Source: Eledone cirrhosa (Eukaryota). From it: DNA of 64,000 nucleotides. Positions within the stretch are counted from its first letter, which is position 1; every line of letters begins with the position of its first letter. The stretch covers positions 43,028,001 to 43,092,000 of the forward strand of contig OZ024742.1 of the NCBI GenBank assembly GCA_964016885.1. The letters are read 5' to 3'. Shown here piece after piece: positions 12,919-25,839 of the stretch. Below the pieces are notes generated by a model. That model was not told the origin of the DNA. It searched no databases and saw nothing but the letters and a program-made list of their open reading frames with translations. The position numbers were made by a program, and so were the translations under genes.

Positions 12919-13008
<90 letters not shown>

Positions 13009-13009
13009 A

Positions 13010-13584
<575 letters not shown>

Positions 13585-13613
13585 CATATATATATATATA
13601 CATATATATATAT

Positions 13614-13662
<49 letters not shown>

Positions 13663-13911
13663 TTAATAAATGAACAGAGAACAAAAAACAGAGAGGCAGT
13701 ACAAATGATATTAGTATTAGTTTCACGCTTGAGAGTGGGATATATATATATAGAGAGAGAGAGGGGGGGGACCTTTCGCCGTATATTTTACTAAAGAAAT
13801 TTTAGCCTGATAGTGGAGTTTAGAAGCCCCTCAGAAGTGGGAAGAGATGAGTATATATATATATATATATACGATATTAATAAATGGAAACTATATTTAT
13901 AAAACCATATT

Positions 13912-13976
13912 TATTTCATTATACATATTTCAGGGATACCAAATTAAATTATGGTATGCCTTCATCAGACAAAATA
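13912..13976 (-). ncRNA. Minimal type I hammerhead (family A variant) in inverted pLTR 13870-14140
   Basis: TATTTTGT CTGATGA...GAAATATGTATA ATGAAATA; stem I retained through G-U pairs. Confidence 0.75.
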
Positions 13977-14132
13977 CAATATATAACAGAAATATGTATA
14001 ATGAAATAAATATGGTTTTATAAATATAGTTTCCATTTATTAATATCGTATATCTACTCCAAATACTTGTCGAGTGCTTTATATCAGTTATAAAAATATT
14101 TACTTGTATCCCAACAATTTAAATAGAACTTT

Positions 14133-14188
<56 letters not shown>

Positions 14189-14327
14189 AAGGTTAAACAA
14201 GGTTCAATGAATAAATCAAAGAATAAAGTTTTACAATAGATTAGAAGCACTCCACAGTAATAGTTTTCCGGAGTTATTAATATTAATTCAAAATATTAAC
14301 AAAAATAGACATTCGTGTGATCAATTA

Positions 14328-14394
14328 TATTTTATTATACAAATTTCAGAGGTACTGAGCTATCTTCAACAGTACGTCCTCATCAGATAAAATA
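14328..14394 (-). ncRNA. Type I hammerhead
   Basis: TATTTTAT CTGATGA GGACGTACTG..CAGTACCTCT GAAA TTTGTA TA ATAAAATA. Confidence 0.75.
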
Positions 14395-14555
14395 AGATGA
14401 TGCATGACATACCCTGACTAAGTAGATGGTTAAAATTCAGTCATGGCAGTGAATAAGATATGATAAAACTCAATATTTATATACCTTAAGATTGAGACAT
14501 GAAAAAATTACATATAATACAGAGGGTGCGTGTGAGAAAGCTTATAAAGATACAT

Positions 14556-14738
14556 AATTGTTTCTACTTTAGGCACAGGGCCAGCAATTACCCAGAGCAT
14601 TACTGGTACTTTATTTTATCGACCCCGTAAGGATGAAAGGCAAAGTCAACCTCGGCGGGATTTGAACTCAGATCGTAAAGGGACGTAACTATGCTGGAAA
14701 GCTTGGCGTCCGACCCTCTACCGATACTGCCAATCCAC
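14556..14738 (-). mobile_element. tRNA-derived SINE
   Basis: Same family as 12465-12644; TSD AAAGATACATAAT. Confidence 0.85.
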
Positions 14739-16619
14739 AAAGATACATAATAATAAACAACTACTAATATAATACAAACTTACATAACTGCTAGAGATTC
14801 AAATAATTTAAATTATTGAAGAAAGAAGTGAAAGACAGAGAGAGAAACAGATGAGGAAAAAGAGAGTGACTAGAAGTATAGAAATATCTTATGCACGAAA
14901 GCAAAAAAAAATTGATTAAGGATAGAGAGACGAGGATAAAATAATTTTTATAGTATAAAGCATAAGGAGGGAGATTTGTATTGTCGTGGATAATATCGTC
15001 TTAAACTTTAAACAATGTACTCTTTGTATAACTTTAGACAAATGCGTATATCTAGTTTAATCATATCCTTTTTAAGTATAATTATAAGGCCTTTGGATAA
15101 TTAAGGGCATTCTAATTTTTAATTTAAAATTTTTAAAGCTATAATTGTAATTACTTTCTAAATTATATCATGATTATTTTTTAATACAAAATCTCTTTTT
15201 TTAATATAATTTAATTTGGATTACCTTCGGGATGAAGAAAATATTAGAGAACCTCTTTCTCATGTTTGCAGACACTTTAGATATGATATTATACTACTAT
15301 ATAAATCTTTTAAAAAAAATTTCTTGTATTTTTAAACTATATAGCTTGGATATTGGGCACTTTTAAGATCGCAAACAATTCACTTTTTTACATTGAATCT
15401 GGTTCTTATCCTTATGATTCATGAAGTTTGACTTGTATATTTATAGTATATATGTATTATATGATCCTATTATAATAATTGATCTAAAACCTTAATTTTT
15501 AACAATATTATCAGTAACTTATTTATTATATTCTATTATGTTATATGTAACTGATAAATATCATCTTAATCTTTAGACAATATAATCTTTGTTTATATTT
15601 AGACAAATGCATATATCTAATTTAATAATAAACTTTTTTAAAGTTTAATTATAAGGCCTTTAGATGCTTTAAGGCATTCTAATTGTTAATCTTAATTTTT
15701 AAAATTATAACTAATTATTTTATAAATTATATAATGTGAATTATTTTCAATATAATATAAATAATTAAATATAATATAATAAAATTTAATAAGAATTACC
15801 TTCGTGAGGATGAAAATATCATGTCTTCTTTCTCATGTTTGCAAATAGTTTAAATATGATTTCATAAAATATGATTTTATAAATTAAATATGATAGTATA
15901 CTTTAATATTAATACAGATATTTATAAACATTTATAGCCTGAAATATTATACACTTTGATTAATTCATTACTCTGAACTAACTTAAATGATTTGAAAGTT
16001 AATGGGCAACCGGATACGTTTGGATAGTATATATAACTAATTAACTAAGGACTGGAAATTAACCTTCATATAATTACACCCAGTTATATTTAAGATTTAG
16101 ATTGATGAATACTTCTAGATAATTCAATAATTCAAAGATTCGAGTTTACTCTTTCGCAAAGCTATGCCCAAATGTATAGTTCTGTATAGATATATATTAT
16201 TCATCCCTCCCTATGTTTTACAGTATAAAAATTATTCCTCTTTGTCTCTCTTTCCTTGATCAATTCTCTTTTGCTCTCTATACTTCTACTAGCTATATTA
16301 TCCCCTCATCTGTTTTCTCTCTGTCTTTATTTTTCTTTCCTCTTTCTTCAATAATTTAAATTATTTGAATCTCTAACAGGTATGTAAATTTCTGTTATGT
16401 ATGTTTAAGCTTTCTCACACGCACCCTCTTTGTTATATGTATTATATGTAAGTGTTTTCATGTATCAATCTTAAGGTATATAAATATTGAGTTTGGTCAT
16501 ATCTTGACTGAATCTTAACCATCTACTATGTCAGGGTATGTCATGCATCATCTTATTTTATCTATTGTAAAACTCATTCTTTGATTTATTGATTTATTCA
16601 TTGAACCTTGTTTAACCTT

Positions 16620-16687
<68 letters not shown>

Positions 16688-16690
<3 letters not shown>

Positions 16691-16873
16691 ATTGTTTCTA
16701 CTTTTGGCACAAGGCCAGCAATTACCCAGTGTATTACTGGTACTTTATTCTATCGACCCTGTAAGGATGAAAGGCAAAGTTAACCTCAGTGGGATTTGAA
16801 CTCTGAACATAAAGGGCCGTAACTCTATGCTGCAAAGCATAGAGTTTGACCCTCTACCGATACTACCAATCCC
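16688..16873 (-). mobile_element. tRNA-derived SINE
   Basis: Same family; TSD AAATAAT. Confidence 0.85.
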
Positions 16874-16919
16874 AAATAATGGTAGGTAAGATGGGATTAA
16901 TTCACCATAACTGTTTATT

Positions 16920-16970
16920 GCATGATATAAATTTCTGTAACATGGTTATTCATGTGACTTCGTCAGATGC
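16920..16970 (-). ncRNA. Type I hammerhead
   Basis: GCAT CTGACGA AGTCACATG AATAAC CATGTTACA GAAA TTTATA TC ATGC (AUC site). Confidence 0.7.
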
Positions 16971-17089
16971 TTACGCAATCATAGGTGCAGTTATGCAATC
17001 ATTGTGATATGCCGGTGGCCATGCACCTCTATCAGGTAGTGAAGTGGGTCAGCAAATGCTGTAACAGAAGTATGTATCATGCAATAAAC

Positions 17090-17303
17090 GTGCTTACGCC
17101 GTATTTGACTAAATAAAATTAGTCTGTTAGTTGGGATTTAAAAAAACCCTCTGAATGGAAAAAAGAATGTGCTATGGTCCGGAAAACCAAAGGTGTGGGT
17201 TCGTGTCCCATGTACGTCAATACTCATCCTTTGTCCATATAGAGAGTTTCTTTAAATCCCAACTAACAAACTAATTTTATTTAGTCAAATACGGCGTAAG
17301 CAC
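17090..17303. repeat. ~63-bp inverted repeat around a tRNA B-box-like segment
   Basis: GTGCTTACGCCGTATTTGACTAAATAAAATTAG... and its reverse complement; internal GGTTCGTGTCCC. Confidence 0.55.
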
Positions 17304-17364
17304 ATGTTACTACCTATTTTCGAATTCGCTAGCTGTTTATAAACAAAGCCTGTTTTGTATCTCC

Positions 17365-17469
<105 letters not shown>

Positions 17470-18041
17470 CTTTTTCTTTTTTTTCTTTGTTTCACTCATG
17501 AGAGTTTTGCGCTATAAGGGGCCAATAACTTTCCCTCCTTGTCACAGCTTAATTGCCATAAGTTGCTGTTTTGTCTTGGCTCTTAATCCATATGACAGCG
17601 CTTTGACTTGTGTCAGATGTTGAGACCCCAGATGGACCAGCAGTACTGTTGACAAGGGATCGAACTTACACCCGTTAACATAGAGAACTATAAACGACGA
17701 AAGAAGCACATGGTATTATTAAAAAACCAACGCACGTGGTCATCGTCTGCAGTGACATGAAAAGGTTCACGCCAACTAGAAATAGCAGCCTAACCTCTCA
17801 ACATATTAACAGCTCAACCAATTAGCAGCATAAATATATTATATATTATATTCAAAGTTATAGATGTCATGTTTGAGATAATCTCGAACATGCTTCGTGT
17901 CTCCCGTCTCTTGTTAAAGTTTCATGTGTCCTATTGTACATTTATATAATTAGATATTTATGTGTATATGTCATTCACTATATTGTAATGATATATACAC
18001 ACACACACACACACATATTTATATATATATATATATATATA

Positions 18042-18128
<87 letters not shown>

Positions 18129-18245
18129 ATGGAGGCGGTAAAAACCAGTTATTCCATTACTCACCAGAGTACTCGATACTTGATACTTGGGGTAAAAAAA
18201 TCAGGACCCCGACGGCTGAGCTCCGGCCGTCGAGGTCCTGATTTT

Positions 18246-18286
<41 letters not shown>

Positions 18287-18549
18287 AAAAAGTTTAACCC
18301 CGACGGCAGAGCTCAAGCCATTTCGACGGCTATTTCTGGACTAAATTTGAATTTTTAACGTGGTAATAAATAGCCGAACTTTTCAAGCACTAATTTCTTA
18401 TATGGGAAGATTGTGGTTGTCAAAAGGATTGGTCAAAATTTCTTGTAAACACAATTAAATCTTTCATTGCGGTGGGTGGGTGGTGGGGTGGCTGAACTTG
18501 CCTGTAGAATAATGAAGGAGTGGATGGAGCCAGTCAAGCGTTGAAAGTG

Positions 18550-19166
18550 ACGGCGTTTCCCTGAGGCTCGGCCTCCGGATCTGCCAGCCACACCAATGTC
18601 GCTGTGGTTCCACTGTGGACTGTTTCGGCCTTCACCTGCTTTCCTGTCGCCACAGTGCCGGCCGCATTCCACGCCATGCTGCCCTCAACGAGGTCATTAA
18701 GCATGGCTTGGACGCTGCAGGCTTCCCTTCCCAGCTCGAGCCGGTGGGGCTGGATCGAGGGGACGGCCAAAGGCCAGATGGCATGACCATCTACCCATTC
18801 CGCGGTGGCAAACCCCTCATCTGGGATGCCCCTTGCACCGACACTTTCTGCAGCCGCAACCTGGTGCAGTCTGCGACTGACCCAGGCTCTGCTGCACGTC
18901 GGGCTGAGAGGGCCAAACTCCTCAAATAGCGGTCGCTCTCCGACAGGTTTGCGGTCGTACCCCTGGCAGTGGAGACTTCTGGTGACCTCGGCCCCAGGGC
19001 TACCTCCTTACTCACCACCATAGGCGCTGAGCTGGCCAGCCGCAGGTCTGAGCCCTACGAGTTGGAGTGGCTCTTCCAGCGCGTCTCCCTCGCCGTCCTT
19101 CCGGGAAACGCCTTCTCCATTCTGTCCGCCGGGGCTGTGGGTGGGCCCCATCGCACACCGTTGTAG
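18550..19166 (+). pseudogene. 5'-truncated CRE-type non-LTR copy (zinc knuckle + RLE)
   Basis: Closely similar to 55160-55770; in-frame TAG at 18927-18929. Confidence 0.85.
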
Positions 19167-19786
19167 TTGTTGTAGAAGAAACAGGAAGACAACAACTGTA
19201 GATTATAAGATGCTGTACTATAGATCTATATTGGAGAATTTAATAATAAATATTTGAGAATTCTAAGGAGTGTGTATGAAATTAGGCTAGGTAGAAAGCA
19301 GGTGAAAAAGAAATCTGAGAGTGGGACGTTATAAAATTAAAAGGTTAATAAATTGAGATTAAAAGAAAAGAGTAATAAAAAAAAATTAAATAGTAAAACA
19401 TAATGAAAAAAATCTCTAGCGTCTAAAGCAGCTGCTATATTTTTAGCTGGTATTGCGTTTTCGGCCAATGCTATATGGAATTTACTGGGGCGGAGGTACT
19501 GAGGCTACAAAAGCCCGATGGGATGCCTCAGGGTAGGCGAAAGAGGAAAAAGGAAGAAGAGAGGGAGTGGAAGGAAGTGATAAGAAGATATAAAGGGAAA
19601 AAGAAAAGAAGTACACATACCTATGTATGCTGGGGTTTCCCCTATCTTGTTCGGCAAGTGGGGAAAAGAAGGATGTTGCAGCCATTGTCTACCTACCCGG
19701 GTCATGAGGGGGTTTGAGGGCGAGGTATATATATATATACATTATATACATTGGACGGATAGGTGTCCTCATCTTGTTTTGTTGTT

Positions 19787-19832
19787 AACACAACGTTTCG
19801 GCTGATGTACTCTCCAGCCTTCATCAGGTGTC
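19787..19832 (-). ncRNA. Minimal hammerhead with loopless stem III, in fold-back 19742-19922
   Basis: GACAC CTGATGA AGGCTGG..TCAGCC GAAACGTT GTGTT; ACGT palindrome; the plus-arm copy is degenerate. Confidence 0.65.
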
Positions 19833-19959
19833 CCAGTGATGAAGGCTGGAGAGTACATCAGCCGAAACGCTGTGTTAACAACAAAACAAGACGAGGACAC
19901 CTATCCATCCAATGTATATAATGTAAATAATTCCCCGTCTCAAAAAAAAAAAAATATAT

Positions 19960-20253
19960 ATAATCCAATTCTCTAACCACTCAGCCGTAATGCTGTAATG
20001 TCGTAATGCAGACAGCCAGACATACAGACAGATATTATAAGGGCGCGGCGGAGATGGATAACCGGCGCCTAACACCCCTTTAACAACAGAAAATTGAAAC
20101 ATAAAAGCTGTAGTTAATATCTTTAGACCGCAAGGAATATATAAATGCAAATTTGAAGTCAATCGGAGTAGAAATGTGGATTTGTATAGACTTTGCAAAA
20201 ATGAGGGGACACACACACATACAGACAACAACAGTTTTATATATATGTATAGA
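19960..20253 (+). mobile_element. Helentron/HINE-like non-autonomous element
   Basis: AATTTGAAGTCAATCGGAGTAGAAATGTGGATTTGTATAGA...ACATACAGACAA..TTTTATATATA..AGAT end; copies at 31040-31280, 44360-44612 and 10795-10872. Confidence 0.55.
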
Positions 20254-20364
20254 TAAATTTTTTCACTATCCTATATAAACTTCTAAAATTTAATAGTATA
20301 AAGCAACACAGACATTCTATAGCCAGGCCGTCACACATGAACATCATCTGTATCCGGCCAGCAT

Positions 20365-21326
20365 AATTACCCAATACAAAGGGTAATATCAAACTTAACT
20401 CGCACCAGAATAAACACCACAATAATAGTATAAATAGAAATATAAACAATACTTCAAATAACATTACAAAAAACAAAAATAGAAGAAGAACTAATACATT
20501 CTTCAATCCCCCTTTCAATCTAAAGGTCTCTACCAACTTACCGAAGGCTTTCTTCTCAATCCTAGAAAAGAATTTCCCAGCCGGCCACAAATACCATAAT
20601 CTTATCAATAAAAATACCATTAAAATCTCTTACTCTACCACACCTAACATCGCATACCATATAGCTAGTAGTAATAAAAGGAAGATTAATAATTATTTCC
20701 AACTAATTAAATCACAACAGGGGGTAAACTTACAGGGCAACATAGTATCAGAGATTTCTAGTAGCAATAATAATAATGATAATGGCACTAATGAAATTAA
20801 TAATAATGGGAACGACAACCATCATTACCTTAATGCTATCCCTAACAACCAGGCATCTATACAACATAGTAACCAGCAAGCAAACAAACAGAATAACTGT
20901 AACTGTAGAACAAATAGAACTTGCCCCTTAGGTAAAAATTGCTTAATCAAAGACATCATTTACTCATGCACGGTCAACACAAACAACTCTTTTTAAACAT
21001 ATATCGGTTCAACTTCAAACTGCTTCAAGACGAGGTATAACTCGCATCTCCACACTTTCAAAAATAGCAATCTAGCCAACTCCACTTCTTTATCTAGCTA
21101 CATACACTCTCTGAAAACTTTGAATAGACCATATACACTTCAATGGGAGATAGTAGATAGGGCCGCGTCGTATAAACCACCAAATAAATTATGTAACCTC
21201 TGTCTTCTAGAGACCCGAACAATAATCTATTCTAAGCTAGATCTCCTAAATAGAAAATCAGAGGTTTTTTCGATGTGCCACCGCTACCACCGACACTCTT
21301 TTCATAGCTTTAAACCTAGCTGCTAA
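20365..21326 (+). pseudogene. Naiad-type PLE linker + GIY-YIG endonuclease (5'-truncated)
   Basis: FFNPPFNLKV..NTIKISYSTTPNI; CNCRTNRTCPLGKNCL; IIY..YIGST..FKTRYNSH; CNLCLLE; TAA stops inside. Confidence 0.85.
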
Positions 21327-22686
21327 TATATAACAATGTCAGATCTGAATTCCTCACCACCATTAACACCTCACCTCTAGGTCCTATCGGCATATAAGTA
21401 CGCCTACAGCATCACACTCCTTGATCAGCTCATCACTCTACTTAACTCCTTTTTATCTCAAACTTTATACTATACAATAACTATTTGGAATAAACATAAA
21501 GCTAACACCATTTAATATAACCACTATAGCTTGCTTATATTATATTCAGTAATGGATAGATAGTAATATGATGAGACACTTAATGTAGTATAGGAAAATA
21601 AATAATATTTATAATTAAATATATAACTTAATAGCATTATATATATGGGATTCACTTATAACATAATATAATGTATATTAATAGCACAAGAGATTTAACT
21701 AATTAGACCTATAAACAACTATACTTTTTTTCCTGTAACTTTCTTATACTTTATTAAGTAATGAATAGATAACAATATAATGAGACCTTTAATGTATTAT
21801 AGGAAAATAGATTCTATTCAAAATTAAATATAAACAAATAGCATTATATAAAAGGGATTCACTTATAACACAATATAATGTATATCAACACAAAGAATTT
21901 AACTAATTGAGCTGTAAACAACTTTACATTTTTCTAATTTCTTCTATCATATACAATGTAATTCGCTAGTTACCGCCCCTTTCGTGTTAACTCCCCTTAA
22001 TATAGATCAAACTCACTTCCGTAAATTAAACCGTTAGAAAAATCATTCCACACCAACTTGAAACCCTGATAGCAATATAATAGGACCGGTGTACAATCCA
22101 TGGCTGTGACTGATTAAAAACATTCACTAAAATAAAACATAGCCAATGTAATGGAAAAGATAGCAATAACATTGATACTCTCAGCATATATACATTTGAA
22201 CATTACAGAAACAACCGTCACACTACATCCACCATAAACCCATAGTTTTAATACAAAAACAGCTTTGCCTGATATGTTTGTAAACATATGTTGTTTTATG
22301 TGATACCTTTGCCTTGCAAAATATTATATATGCCTAGTACCATTGCTTGTTTCCTTCCTGTATATGACTAATGCATTTGCACTGCATTTGCACTGCTATT
22401 GTCCTCGTTTTACGAGTAACTTTCTACCTTAATGCCTCTTTAATTGTTATACTATTTACTTATAATCTCTGTGCCTTTTTAATTTTAATTTTTAATTTTA
22501 ATTTTTAATTTTAATTTTTAATTTTAATTTTTAATTTTTAATTTTAATTATTGTACAATTCTCTTGTAATCTATGTCGCATCCATTCCACTCTGTAAATA
22601 CGAAACTGTTGTTGACAACATTAATATCCATGTATCTATATGATTGTTCAGTTGAATAAGAAGTTAATTATATGTACAAACATTAC

Positions 22687-22739
22687 TACTGCTCCGATGA
22701 TTCCAAACGATAGTTTTGAAGAAACGATTTTCAGCAATA
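22687..22739 (+). ncRNA. Hammerhead-like motif (CCGAUGA core) at the end of the PLE 3' UTR
   Basis: TACTGCT CCGATGA TTCCAAAC GATA GTTTTGAA GAAAC GATT TTC AGCAATA; stem III mismatched. Confidence 0.55.
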
Positions 22740-22903
22740 AAATGATTTGAACATAGCTTTGATTATTGTGTAATTTATATTCCGGCTCTGTAAAACATCT
22801 GATGTATTTACATTGAGCTATTTTTCTTACTGGTAATAAGGTAGTAATAAATTACTGACCTTTCCTGTTTATAGTCGTATATAGTGTATATATAACTATA
22901 AAT

Positions 22904-23091
22904 AATTGTTTCTACTTTAGGCACAAGGCCAGCAATTACCCAGTGCATTACTGGTACTTTATTTTATCGACCCCGTAAGGATGAAAGGCAAAGTCAACCT
23001 CGGCGGGATTTGAACTCAGATCGTAAAGGGACGTAACTATGCTGGAAAGCATGGCGTCCGACCCTCTACCGATACTGCCAATCCACCGCCC
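22904..23091 (-). mobile_element. Full-length tRNA-derived SINE
   Basis: A box TGGCAGTATCGG, B box GAGTTCAAATCC; 18-bp TSD TATATAACTATAAATAAT. Confidence 0.9.
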
Positions 23092-23117
23092 TATATAACT
23101 ATAAATAATATTATTAT

Positions 23118-23182
<65 letters not shown>

Positions 23183-23205
23183 GTATATATATATGTATAT
23201 GTATG

Positions 23206-23288
<83 letters not shown>

Positions 23289-23360
23289 TTTAGCTCTGGT
23301 ACTTACATAGAGCACTCTTCACTCCTACGACTTTTTCAATTTTCAACGGAAACTTCGATA

Positions 23361-23464
<104 letters not shown>

Positions 23465-23608
23465 TAGAAGGGGTATTTAATCTTATTTAATCTTTTGGAA
23501 GTCCGACCAATATAAATGTTTATAACTGATTTAGAGCACTCAACAAGTTACTGGAGTAAATATTCAATGATATTAAATAAATGGAAACTATATTTATAAA
23601 ACCATATT

Positions 23609-23671
23609 TATTTTATTATATATATTTCAAGGGTATCAAGACACATTAGTACGCTTTCATCAGATAAAATA
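23609..23671 (-). ncRNA. Minimal type I hammerhead (family A)
   Basis: TATTTTAT CTGATGA...GAAATATATATA ATAAAATA. Confidence 0.8.
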
Positions 23672-24694
23672 CAAAGTTTGTTTTATAAATAGAGACATAC
23701 CCATGAAAATCACACCTTATCGGTTGGAAATTCACTGGATAGTGGAAATATATTAGGGATTTTTCAAACTTATGTGTGAATATGCAAATGAATATGTAAA
23801 TAATTGAAAAACAACCGTTTATTTAAACGACTATGGAGAGAGAGAGAGATAAGAGGAGAAGGATAAAATAGTGCGAGAGAGAGAGAGAAGAAAGAAACAA
23901 GAGAAGTTGAATAAAAACTCATATAACGTTAATTTTAGGGAAATATATTCTAAGTATATATCTTAAAAGTACGTGTATTTACAATTATTAGTTGTTTAAA
24001 ATTTGTTTATAATATAATATTTTTCTTCTGTTATAAGTAGATAAATGAATAAATACATAAATAAATAAATAAATAAATAGATGGGTATATCTATATCATG
24101 TTATAGATAATTGTTCTAATGAGTATGAGGGATATTGGTTTTGTATTTAATGTAAATAAATATTAAGTTAAATTAAATTAACTGAGTTAATAAGAATATT
24201 TATATTTATATGATTTAAAATGGGAAGATGCGGAAAAAACTCCGGTTTAATTTATTTATTCGTTAGTGTGAGACTATTTAGTCATAATAAGTATAGATGT
24301 TGAAAGATACATTTAGCGAGAATCAGTTAGTAGTTATAAATCTATTGAAAAATATTGAAAAAATATTGATAAAGTATTGAAAAAAATTTTGAAAAAGTAT
24401 TGAAAAAATATTAAAAATTTGAGAAATTTTTTTTAAAAATAATTTATAAGAGATAAGTAATGTTTAAAGAAATAAAAATGAAAGAGATAAAAATAAAGAA
24501 ATAAAATTATTAAAATTAAAATTAAAATTTTAAAATAAAAAAAAAGATTAGAATTATATACGTATATATTTTATGAAACTTTAAGAAGTGGAATTATAGC
24601 AAATGTTATAGATATTATGATTTAGAGATATCAATATATTAAAACCAAGTGGATGAGATTGTTATGGAAATAAGTAGAAATATTATAAGTATAA

Positions 24695-25399
24695 TTATAA
24701 GTTATATATAGTTCTGAATGTTGAATTCTGGCGATGTCTACAAGAATTAAATAAATTCGTTCTTAGATTAATAGAGTTTTTACATTTAAGTATGTAAAAG
24801 ATTTCCTCAATACACAATTTGCAGAATCTAAATAAAGCTGATTTTCGGTACGTGGGTGCTTTTGAAACTGTTTCCCAAGCTAATGAATAGTCCATATTCT
24901 TGCATTTTAAGTTCCATATCAGGTTTGAAAGAGAAGTTGAAGATTTTTCATCAAATCTTCGGAAAGAGCAATTGTGGTTATTCCAGCGACTTTTAAATTC
25001 TGTTGAAGTTGCACCTACATAGTTAAATATATTATCACTAGTTTTAACTGGACATTTATAGACCACGTTTTTATCTAAACACTTATTTTGTAAAAGACAG
25101 TTTGATTTAATTCTACAGTTACATTTTGCGGAGTTGTTGTTCGGAACGGTACTATTATGTTGGATATTGCTAGAGATATTACTGCTATTTTGGTTATTTT
25201 GGTTTGGGTTTAAATTTCTATTATTAATTCTATTTATATTTTGTGCTATGTTCATAGTAGTAGAGTAGAATAGTTTTATAGTATGTCTGTTAAAGATTGA
25301 GTGGTATCTGTGGACTTTAGGAAAACATTTATCTAGTGCTTTTACGAATAGCTTTGTTAAAGGTGTTTTTACGCTTAATGAGAATGGGGGTGAGTACCA

Positions 25400-25403
<4 letters not shown>
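24695..25403 (-). pseudogene. Naiad-type PLE linker + GIY-YIG endonuclease
   Basis: WYSPPFSLSVK..FNRHTIKLFYSTTMNI; CNCRIKSNCLLQNKCL; VVY..YVGAT..FKSRWNNH; CKLCIEE; SCRH. Confidence 0.88.
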
Positions 25404-25498
<95 letters not shown>

Positions 25499-25663
25499 TC
25501 ATATATATATATATATAAGGAAAAAAGATGAAATCGAAAATGCAACTGGGGTCTTTTAAAAAATATTTATTTGGTTCCTTTACCTGTTTCGCAGTTCTTG
25601 TGTTTTTCAAAAGTAGAATTGAGATAGAGGGTTTGTGGTTTTTCTCGCATCTGCGATATTTTC

Positions 25664-25774
25664 GTTTTCTGATGAGTTGATCAGAGGTAAATAATGTAAT
25701 GGAGATCGAATGACGCAACTTCAAGCGATTAGCAACCTCTAGATTCACCTGATCAATGAAACAATTGTCAATAC
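25664..25774 (+). ncRNA. Type I hammerhead with extended stem II
   Basis: GTTTT CTGATGA GTTGATCAG..~64 nt..CTGATCAAT GAAAC AATT GTC AATAC; palindrome ACAATTGT, GUC site. Confidence 0.75.
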
Positions 25775-25839
25775 CTGAAATAAAGCCCCTTGTTGTACAG
25801 TCAACCATGTTACTCTTCACTCTTTCACTATATATATAT

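Larger units (their letters stand above)
12268..12922. mobile_element. Near-perfect palindromic pLTR pair with two HHRs; SINE inserted in the left arm
   Basis: Arms centred at ~12691 (TTTCAAC T GTTGAAA). Confidence 0.8.
14185..16623. mobile_element. Non-autonomous PLE-like element with long diverged inverted terminal arms
   Basis: 14185-~14960 is the inverted counterpart of ~16200-16623; internal ~565-bp diverged tandem duplication (15035-15300 vs 15600-15860); (TA)n on both sides. Confidence 0.65.
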
